From NCBI GenBank assembly GCA_965116255.1, contig OZ220670.1, forward strand, positions 1,009,467 through 1,073,466: 64,000 nucleotides of DNA, read 5' to 3'. Position numbers and translations under genes: made by a program. Source of the DNA: Dehalococcoidia bacterium (GTDB lineage Bacteria > Chloroflexota > Dehalococcoidia > Lucifugimonadales > Australimonadaceae). The notes under the pieces were generated by a model. The model made no database searches, was not told the origin of the DNA, and saw only the letters and a list, made by a program, of their open reading frames with translations. Below, piece by piece: positions 1 through 7,476 of the stretch (position 1 is the stretch's first letter; every line of letters starts with the position of its first letter).

Positions 1-381
1 TCCTTGATTGCGGTCGGCCTGGGGGTGCTGGGCGCACTCCAGAGCACGCCAGGCACGCTGGCGGGCATGGTCATTTTCGGGGCCGGGTTCGGCGTGACCT
101 TTCCCTGCCTGACGTCCATGGTGGTCGACGCGACGCCGGTGAGTGCGCGGGGCAAGGCATTCGGCGTCTTCTACGCCATCTACTCGCTGGGCGTGGTCAT
201 TGGGGCAGTGGTCAGCGGCCTGCTCCAGGAATCCCGTGCAGACTCGACCCCAGCCCCGTTCTTCCTCGGGATGGTGGTGCTGGCGCTGGCGGTGCCGGTC
301 ACCTACCTCATCGATGCATTCAGGAGCACGTGGGGCGAGATCTGGCAGCGGCGTGGAAGAGCATCCTCGGGGAGGCGCTAG
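1..381 (+). CDS. MFS transporter, C-terminal fragment (gene enters from the 5' window edge)
   Basis: Frame-1 ORF is open from the window edge. The translation is hydrophobic with G/A-rich TM helices typical of the MFS C-terminal half (…GVVIGAVVSGLL…). Confidence 0.5.
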   Translation, partial: SLIAVGLGVLGALQSTPGTLAGMVIFGAGFGVTFPCLTSMVVDATPVSARGKAFGVFYAIYSLGVVIGAVVSGLLQESRADSTPAPFFLGMVVLALAVPVTYLIDAFRSTWGEIWQRRGRASSGRR

Positions 382-604
382 GCCGAAACTTGGCAGTCTC
401 AAGGGAATCGGCTCCTGCTCCTCTTGACCTCTGACGACTGGCCATCCCCGATAATCGCCGATGCTGCTCCGCTGAAGGCGTGACAACCGGGTCTGGCATC
501 GTCGCCCCCATGCGAGGCACACTCAATTGCTCTATCCTGTCGTGTTGGCAGGCAGCGACCTGCCCCTCTGCCCAAGAGGCAAGCCCACGACAAGGACAGG
601 AACC

Positions 605-1204
605 ATGAAAGTCATCTTTCTAGAGGACGTCCCCGGTACGGCAGACGCCGGAGAGGTCAAAGAGGTCAAGAACGGGTTCGCGCGCAACCACCTGCTCCCT
701 CGGGGGCTGGCGGCGCCTGCCACACCCGACGCGCTGCAGCGCGCCGGCGCCATCGAGCGGGCCGCCCTGGCGAAGCGCGTGCGCGAATCGGAGGACTGGC
801 AAGTCGTCGCCGACGCGCTGGACGGCACCCGCGTCGTCGTCGAGGCACGCGTCGGGCCGAACGGCCGCCTCTTCGGCTCCGTTACGGGGCGGCACGTCGC
901 GCAGAAGCTCAGCGAGATTACGGGGCGCGACCTCGACCACCGCCAGGTGCTGCTGAGCGAGGCAATCCACGATCCCGGCCACTACGAAGTCCTCATCAAG
1001 CTGTATCGCCAGGTGCAGACGTCCGTCACCCTGGCCGTCGTGCCGGAGGGCTACGTCGAGCCTGCCGCCGAAGAGGTTACGGCCGAGCAGGCTGCGGGCG
1101 AATCCGCACCGGAACCCGAGGCCGTGGAATCAGCCCCCGAAGCCGAAACGGAGGAGGGCGTCGAGTCCGACGCCGCACCGGAAGAGACGAGCGAATCGGA
1201 GTAG
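605..1204 (+). CDS. rplI: 50S ribosomal protein L9 with a ~50-aa acidic C-terminal tail
   Basis: MKVIFLEDVPGTADAGEVKEVKNGFARNHLLP… is the canonical L9 N-terminus. It sits immediately upstream of dnaB, the conserved rplI-dnaB neighbourhood. The C-terminus is an E/A/P-rich low-complexity tail. Confidence 0.9.
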   Translation: MKVIFLEDVPGTADAGEVKEVKNGFARNHLLPRGLAAPATPDALQRAGAIERAALAKRVRESEDWQVVADALDGTRVVVEARVGPNGRLFGSVTGRHVAQKLSEITGRDLDHRQVLLSEAIHDPGHYEVLIKLYRQVQTSVTLAVVPEGYVEPAAEEVTAEQAAGESAPEPEAVESAPEAETEEGVESDAAPEETSESE

Positions 1205-1220
1205 TAGCGACCGGGAGCCG

Positions 1221-2594
1221 ATGTACGCCGAACAACTGCCACCACATGACACATACGCTGAAGAGGCGGTGATCGGCTCGCTCCTCATCGACGGGGAGTC
1301 CATCAACCGGATAGCGACCCAGCTCAACCCCGAAGACTTCTACCGTGCGAGCAACCGCTGGTGCTTCGAGGCCTGCCACGCGCTCTACCAGCGGGGCGAG
1401 GCCATCGATGAGTTAAGCGTCGCCCGCGAGCTCGGCCTGCGCGAGCGGCTCGACGACGCGGGCGGGCGGCCCTACCTCAGCTACCTCGTGCAGGTCACCC
1501 CAACGTCGACGCACATCGAGCACTTCGCGCGCATCGTCAACCGGACGGCAACGATGCGCCGCCTTATACAGGCTGGCAGCAAGATCGAATCCATCGGCTT
1601 CGCCGACGCCGCCGACGTGGACCAGGCCATCACGCAGGCCGAGGACGAGGTCTACCGCGTCCGCGGTACGGCGGCAGTTCGCGACTTCACGACGCTCCGG
1701 CAGGTGCTGGACGAGTACCTGGAGGAGACGGCGAGCCTCGAGGGCGTTACTCACCGCAGCGTTGCGCCCATCAACTCCGGCTTTACCGACCTCGACGCCG
1801 CATTGGGCGGCCTGCAGCGGGGCGACCTCGTCATACTGGCCGCACGGCCCTCGCTCGGCAAATCGACGCTGGCGATGAACATTTCGCGCAACGCATCGCG
1901 CCACGGCGCGGTTAGCGCCGTATTCAGCCTCGAGATGAGCCGCGATCAGCTGGCCCTACGGCTGCTCTGCGCCAGCGCCGAGGTCATCAGCCACCGGCTG
2001 CGGCTCGGCTTGACGACCGATGCGGAGACGGCGCGGGTTATGGAGTCGATCGGCGAGCTGTCCGACCTGCCCATCTACATCGACGACTCCGCCGTGCAGA
2101 CGGTCACGCAGATGCGCTCCAAGCTCCGCCGCCTGAACACCGAGCGGGCGGTCGATTTGGTGGTGGTCGACTACCTCCAGCTCATCAGCGGCTCCGGCGC
2201 ACGCGGCGAGAACAGGGTGACGGAGCTGGGCGAAATCACGCGTTCGCTGAAGGCGATAGCGCGCGACATGAACGTGCCCGTCATCGCCATATCGCAGCTG
2301 AGCCGCGCCATCGAGCAGCGCCCCGACCACCACCCCCTGCTGTCCGACCTGCGCGAGTCGGGAAGCATCGAGCAGGACGCGGATGTCGTCGCCTTCATCC
2401 ACCGTGAGGACAGGTACCTTACCCAGGAGCAGTGGGAGCAGCGCAACCCGACCAAGCCCTACCCCGAGAACCTGGTGCAACTGGTCATCGCCAAGAATCG
2501 CCACGGCCAAACCTCGACGATCGATCTCTACTTCCGCGGTCACTTTTTCCGTTTCGAGAACCTCGCCACCGACGATGGCAGCCGGGAGGTGTGA
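1221..2594 (+). CDS. dnaB: replicative DNA helicase DnaB
   Basis: N-terminal DnaB domain (EEAVIGSLLID…), Walker A (ARPSLGKSTLA) and the RecA-like C-terminal domain (…ISQLSRAIEQR…). 457 aa. Confidence 0.93.
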   Translation: MYAEQLPPHDTYAEEAVIGSLLIDGESINRIATQLNPEDFYRASNRWCFEACHALYQRGEAIDELSVARELGLRERLDDAGGRPYLSYLVQVTPTSTHIEHFARIVNRTATMRRLIQAGSKIESIGFADAADVDQAITQAEDEVYRVRGTAAVRDFTTLRQVLDEYLEETASLEGVTHRSVAPINSGFTDLDAALGGLQRGDLVILAARPSLGKSTLAMNISRNASRHGAVSAVFSLEMSRDQLALRLLCASAEVISHRLRLGLTTDAETARVMESIGELSDLPIYIDDSAVQTVTQMRSKLRRLNTERAVDLVVVDYLQLISGSGARGENRVTELGEITRSLKAIARDMNVPVIAISQLSRAIEQRPDHHPLLSDLRESGSIEQDADVVAFIHREDRYLTQEQWEQRNPTKPYPENLVQLVIAKNRHGQTSTIDLYFRGHFFRFENLATDDGSREV

Positions 2595-2767
2595 TGTCCT
2601 CCGGATCCCAGCCCGCATCATCCTCGGAAACGAGGCAAGCACCCATCCCTGCAGCTCGGTCACCCGAGAAAGTGGCGGCATTCGGGGAGGCAATGGACAA
2701 CGACGCTACTGGCGGGATTGGGTTTCGGCGCTCCTAACCCGTTGGAACTGAGAGGGGAAGAGGCCAC

Positions 2768-4156
2768 ATGGAGAGCCTGGCCGACATCCTGAGAAGGCTA
2801 CAGCAGCAGGGCACGAGCCGCCCTGCGGCGGGGGTAGAGGCGCAAGCGGAAACGGAGGCCGAGCCCATCGTCCCGCCCTGCCCCATCTGCGGCGGGCGCG
2901 GGTGGCTGCGCCGCAACGTCTCCCTCAGCCATCCCGAGTTCGGACGGGCCATCCCCTGCTCCTGCCAGTTGGAGATGAGCGAGGAGCAGCGCCTCGCTCG
3001 GCTGCGGCGCTACTCGAACATGGGCATACTCGCCCACGCCACCTTCGAGCGTACCGAGCCCGACGGCAGGGGCGCACTGCAGGACTCACAGCGGAGATTC
3101 CGGATAGCAACCAGCGCTGCGTCCGCGTACGCCGACGACCCGCGCGGCTGGCTCATCCTCACGGGGGGCAGCGGCATGGGAAAGACGCACCTCGCGGCGG
3201 CCATCGCCAACCGGTGCATGGAGCGCGGACAGCCCGTCTTCTTCGCGTTCGTGCCCGACCTGCTCGACCATTTGCGGGCGTCCTTCAACCCCGAGCACGA
3301 GCTCACCTACGACGAGCTGTTCGAACAGGTCAAGACCATCCCTGTGCTCGTACTCGACGCTCTGGGGTCGCAGGCCGGCACCGAATGGGCGGAGGAGAAA
3401 CTCAAGCAGGTGCTCAACCACCGCTACATGGCAGAACTGCCGACGATCATCACGCTAGACGGGAGCATCGAGGAGGCGGACGAGCGGCTGGCGAGCCGCC
3501 TGCACGACGATCGCATCGCAAAGGTCATCGACCTGGCAGAAGAGCCCCGCTCGCGGCTGAAGGGCGTCGGCTCGATCGAGCCGACGCTGCTCGCGTCCAT
3601 GACGTTCGAGACGTTCGATACCAATGGGAATGGCGCATCCGCCGTCCAGCGAGAGAAGCTCCAGAGGGCATTCAGCAAGGCCAGGGAGTATGCGGAGAAC
3701 CCGGAGAAGTGGCTCGTGCTCTTCGGCGACACGGGAGTAGGCAAGACCCACTTGGCGGTTGCCGTCGCGGGGCACCGACTCCGCGCACAGCAGCCCGTTT
3801 TCTTCGCCTTCGTTCCCGACCTTCTCGACCACCTGCGCGATACGTTCAGTCCCTACAGCCGGGTGCGCTACGACAGGCTCTTCGAGGAGGTGAAGAACGC
3901 GCCGTTGCTCATCCTCGACGACATGGGCAGCGAAAACGCCACCGGTTGGGCGCGCGAGAAGCTCTACCAAATCATCGCCCACCGCTACAACGCGCTCCTG
4001 CCGACCATCCTCACGATGCGACCGCGAGCGCCGGGACGCGAGGACCCGGTGGATTCCCGCATCAACGACAGGCTGGTCACGACGTTCATGCCAATTGAGG
4101 CACCTGACTACCGCGCCAAGAAGCCTGCGGCACAGCATCGGCAGGGGGCGGGATGA
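2768..4156 (+). CDS. DnaC/DnaI/IstB-like AAA+ helicase-loader-like protein with an N-terminal Cys4 Zn-finger and two tandem AAA+ modules
   Basis: CPICGGRGW…CSC near the N-terminus. Two internally homologous modules: GGSGMGKTHLAAAIA…FFAFVPDLLDHLRASF…VLVLDALG and GDTGVGKTHLAVAVA…FFAFVPDLLDHLRDTF…LLILDDMG. Directly downstream of dnaB. Confidence 0.8.
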   Translation: MESLADILRRLQQQGTSRPAAGVEAQAETEAEPIVPPCPICGGRGWLRRNVSLSHPEFGRAIPCSCQLEMSEEQRLARLRRYSNMGILAHATFERTEPDGRGALQDSQRRFRIATSAASAYADDPRGWLILTGGSGMGKTHLAAAIANRCMERGQPVFFAFVPDLLDHLRASFNPEHELTYDELFEQVKTIPVLVLDALGSQAGTEWAEEKLKQVLNHRYMAELPTIITLDGSIEEADERLASRLHDDRIAKVIDLAEEPRSRLKGVGSIEPTLLASMTFETFDTNGNGASAVQREKLQRAFSKAREYAENPEKWLVLFGDTGVGKTHLAVAVAGHRLRAQQPVFFAFVPDLLDHLRDTFSPYSRVRYDRLFEEVKNAPLLILDDMGSENATGWAREKLYQIIAHRYNALLPTILTMRPRAPGREDPVDSRINDRLVTTFMPIEAPDYRAKKPAAQHRQGAG

Positions 4157-4527
4157 CGGACTGCACCTTTTGCGGCATCGTTACGCGGACGCTGCCGAGG
4201 GACATTCGTTTCGAAGACGACGAACTCATCGTCTTCCGCAACCTGCTCACCTGGGCACCCGTCATGCTGCTCGTTGCGCCCAAGGCGCACATGACGCAGG
4301 CCGAGTTCTGGGAGTCGCCGCTGTTCGGGCGCGCTGCGGCGGCAGCCGTGCGCATAGGGAACGAGGACGCACCAGGCGGTTACCGGCTGCTGAGCAACTT
4401 CGGCGCGGACGCGCTCCAAACGCAGCCGCACGGGCACCTGCACATCGTCGGCGGCGCCTGGCTCGGCCTCTACATCGACTTCGAAGGCAAGCGCGACTGG
4501 CAGCCTGCCTATGGCGCGCAGCCATGA
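4153..4527 (+). CDS. HIT-family (histidine triad) protein
   Basis: HGHLHIVGG matches the HxHxHxx histidine triad. Its ATG overlaps the upstream stop (ATGA). Confidence 0.8.
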   Translation: MTDCTFCGIVTRTLPRDIRFEDDELIVFRNLLTWAPVMLLVAPKAHMTQAEFWESPLFGRAAAAAVRIGNEDAPGGYRLLSNFGADALQTQPHGHLHIVGGAWLGLYIDFEGKRDWQPAYGAQP

Positions 4528-4910
4528 CGAGCGTGCTGCTCGCAGGGCTGGGCGGATTTGTGGGGTCGGCTGCGCGCCACGCGCTCAGCATGTGGGTGAC
4601 GTCGCGGCTGGGGGCCGGCGCGTCTTTCCCGTGGGGCACATTCGCCGTCAACGTCCTGGGCGCGGTGGCCATCGGCATCATTATGGGCACGGTGATGGAG
4701 CGAGGAGACTTGCCGGAGCGAGCGCGCCTTCTCCTCGTCGTCGGAGTGCTCGGCGGGTTCACGACCTTCTCCGCATTCTCAAGCGAGACCTTCACGCTCC
4801 TGCGCGCCGGCGAGACGCCCATCGCCGCCGCCTACGTCGTCGCATCGGTCGCGGCGTCGCTGCTCGCGGTCTGGGCGGGCTACGCCGCCGCGCGGGCTAT
4901 CGTCGCCTGA
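4524..4910 (+). CDS. crcB: fluoride ion channel CrcB/FluC
   Basis: 128-aa four-TM protein with GGFTTFSAFS and LGAVAIGI… motifs typical of CrcB. Its ATG overlaps the HIT stop. The longer supplied ORF (4095-4910) is upstream read-through in the same frame. Confidence 0.85.
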   Translation: MTSVLLAGLGGFVGSAARHALSMWVTSRLGAGASFPWGTFAVNVLGAVAIGIIMGTVMERGDLPERARLLLVVGVLGGFTTFSAFSSETFTLLRAGETPIAAAYVVASVAASLLAVWAGYAAARAIVA

Positions 4911-5002
4911 CGCGCCGCCGCCCGCTAGCACGCCGCGGCCCGCTTTCGGTAGACTGAACTTCCCGCAGCCCTGACGGCAGCGGTTGTCACGGAGCAACGC
5001 AG

Positions 5003-7474
5003 ATGGCCACGGCCAGCAAAGCGCCCATGCGCTACGACCCGCGCGCCCTTGATCGCAAGTGGCGACAACGCTGGGAGCAAGACGACCTCTACCGAGTCGA
5101 TGACGCCGACCCGCGCCCCAAGTGGTACGCGCTGACGATGTACCCCTACCCGTCCGGGGACCTCCACATCGGGCACTGGTACGCCATCTCGCCGGCAGAC
5201 GCCTACGCGCGCTTCATGCACATGCAGGGCTACAACGTGCTGTTCCCCATGGGCTTCGACGCCTTTGGGTTGCCCGCGGAAAACGCGGCCATCAAGAACA
5301 GGGTGGACCCGCGCGAGTGGACGTACGCCAACATGGACCGGATGCGCGAGCAGCTGCGCTCCATGGGCGCGATGTTCGATTGGAACCGCGAGGTGGTCAC
5401 GTGCGATCCCGGCTACTACCGCTGGAACCAGTGGCTCTTCAACCGCCTATTCGAGAAGGGCCTTGCCTACCGAGCGCTGGCGGCGGTGAACTGGTGCCCC
5501 GGCTGCCAGACCGTGCTCGCCAACGAGCAGGTCATCGACGGACGCTGCGAGCGGTCGGACGACGTGGTCATCCGGCGGGAGATGGAGCAGTGGTTCTTCA
5601 GGATGACCGCCTATGCCGACGAGCTGCTCGACTTCTCCAACGTGGTGGAGTGGCCGGAACGCATCATGCTGATGCAGCGCAACTGGATCGGGCGCAGCGA
5701 GGGCGTGCAGGTCTCCTTCGGACTTGAGGCGGGCAGCGAGGCCATCGAGACCTTCACGACGCGCATCGACACCATCTTCGGCGCAACCTTCCTGGCCATC
5801 GCGCCGGAGCATCCGCTCGTCCCGAACATCACGACGCCCGCGCAAAGGGCTGAGGTCGAGGCGTACATCGCGCGGTCGCGTGAGGAGACGGAGATCGAGC
5901 GATTGTCGACCGAGCGCGAAAAGACGGGCGTGCACACGGGCGCCTATGCCATCAACCGCCTCAACGGCGAGCGTATCCCTATCCTGGTTGCCGACTACGT
6001 GCTGCTGTCGTACGGCACTGGCGCGGTGATGGGCGTCCCCGCCCACGACGAACGCGACTTCGAGTTCGCCAAGAAGTACGGGCTGGAAATCCGCGTCGTC
6101 GTGGCGCCTCCCGGATGGAGCGAGGGCGACGAATTGGCGGAGGCATATGTCGAGAAGGAGGGCGGCAGGCAGGTCAACTCGGGCGAGTTCGATGGGCTGC
6201 CCAGCCGGGAAGGATATGAGGCCATCGCCGACAAGATCGCGGCGCAGGGCTGGGGCACGCGCACGACGACGTACCGGATGCGCGACTGGCTCATCTCGCG
6301 CCAGCGCTACTGGGGCACGCCCATTCCCATCGTCCACTGCGGAGAGTGCGGAACGGTGCCGGTCCCCGATGAGCAGTTGCCCGTCCTGTTGCCCGAAGGC
6401 GTGGAGTTCCTGCCCACGGGGGAATCGCCGCTGAAGCGTCTGGATGAGTGGGTGAACACAGCTTGCTCTCAATGCGGTGGCCACGCCACGCGCGAGACGG
6501 ACACGATGGACACGTTCGTGGACTCGTCATGGTACTTCCTGCGCTACCTGAGCGCGCACGACGACGAGCGCATCGTCGATCCCGCGAGTGCGCGCGCCTG
6601 GTGCCCCGTCGACCAGTACATGGGCGGCGCGGAGCATGCGGTCATGCACCTGCTCTACGCGCGCTGGTTCACCAGGGCGATGCGCGAGATCGGCATCATC
6701 GACTTCGACGAGCCGTTCCTGCGGCTCTTCAACCAGGGCGTCATCCTCTCGGGTCACGCCAAGATGTCCAAGAGCCGGGGCAACGTCATCGCGCCCGACG
6801 ACTACGTGCGGGAGCTGGGCGCCGACGTCGTACGCCTCTACTTGATGTTCCTCGGTCCGTGGGAATCGGGCGGCGATTGGAGCGATTCGGGCATCAACGG
6901 TATTGCGCGCTGGGTCAACCGCGCATGGGACCTCGTACAGCGCGACGCCGCTGCCTTGCCGGTATCCGGCGCGGCCGGCGACCGCGACGTCACTCGGCTC
7001 GCCCACCAGACGGTGCGGCGCGTCGTGACCGACATCGGCCGCTTCAAGTTCAACACCGCCATCGCGGCGCTGATGGAACTGACGAACGAATTGGCGCCGG
7101 CCTACGATGCCCGGGCGGTTTCGCAGACAGTGTGGCGCGAGGCCATCGAGAAGGCTCTGCTGCTGCTCGCTCCAATGGCGCCGCACTTGAGCGAGGAGCT
7201 CTGGGAGCGCATCGGCAACGACTACAGCATCCACCGCCAATCGCTGCCCGCGTGGGACGATGCGCTTGCGGCCATCGAAGAGGCCACGCTCATCGTGCAG
7301 GTCAACGGCAAGCTGCGCGACCGGGTACGGGTGCCGGCCGACATCGACGAGGCATCAGCCAAGCAGGTTGCGCTGGAGAGCGAGCGCGTCCGTCCCCTAA
7401 CGGACGGCAAGGCCATCGACAAGGTGGTCTTCGTGCCGGGGCGCTACCTCGTCAGCGTGGTCGTCAGGGGCTAG
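5003..7474 (+). CDS. leuS: leucine--tRNA ligase
   Basis: HIGH motif region (PYPSGDLHIGHWYA), KMSKS motif (KMSKSRGN), editing domain, 823 aa. Confidence 0.95.
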   Translation: MATASKAPMRYDPRALDRKWRQRWEQDDLYRVDDADPRPKWYALTMYPYPSGDLHIGHWYAISPADAYARFMHMQGYNVLFPMGFDAFGLPAENAAIKNRVDPREWTYANMDRMREQLRSMGAMFDWNREVVTCDPGYYRWNQWLFNRLFEKGLAYRALAAVNWCPGCQTVLANEQVIDGRCERSDDVVIRREMEQWFFRMTAYADELLDFSNVVEWPERIMLMQRNWIGRSEGVQVSFGLEAGSEAIETFTTRIDTIFGATFLAIAPEHPLVPNITTPAQRAEVEAYIARSREETEIERLSTEREKTGVHTGAYAINRLNGERIPILVADYVLLSYGTGAVMGVPAHDERDFEFAKKYGLEIRVVVAPPGWSEGDELAEAYVEKEGGRQVNSGEFDGLPSREGYEAIADKIAAQGWGTRTTTYRMRDWLISRQRYWGTPIPIVHCGECGTVPVPDEQLPVLLPEGVEFLPTGESPLKRLDEWVNTACSQCGGHATRETDTMDTFVDSSWYFLRYLSAHDDERIVDPASARAWCPVDQYMGGAEHAVMHLLYARWFTRAMREIGIIDFDEPFLRLFNQGVILSGHAKMSKSRGNVIAPDDYVRELGADVVRLYLMFLGPWESGGDWSDSGINGIARWVNRAWDLVQRDAAALPVSGAAGDRDVTRLAHQTVRRVVTDIGRFKFNTAIAALMELTNELAPAYDARAVSQTVWREAIEKALLLLAPMAPHLSEELWERIGNDYSIHRQSLPAWDDALAAIEEATLIVQVNGKLRDRVRVPADIDEASAKQVALESERVRPLTDGKAIDKVVFVPGRYLVSVVVRG

Positions 7475-7476
7475 CG

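Noticed and set aside
421-456. Sigma70-like promoter (TTGACC … GATAAT) upstream of rplI
   Set aside because: The spacer is 20 nt rather than 17±1, so it is not a convincing match by eye.
2902-4098. 398-aa plus-strand ORF, and similar long ORFs (e.g. 5447-6484 minus, 6448-8571 plus at 707 aa, 10816-11733 minus, 17357-18226 plus, 35069-35900 plus)
   Set aside because: All overlap strongly supported genes in another frame or strand. Their translations are Arg/Ala/Pro/Gly-rich with no motifs. This is the classic stop-codon-poor artefact of ~70% GC DNA.
4911-5002. Possible T-box leader upstream of leuS
   Set aside because: Only 92 nt of intergenic sequence, far shorter than a T-box (~250 nt). 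No specifier/antiterminator-like arrangement is visible.
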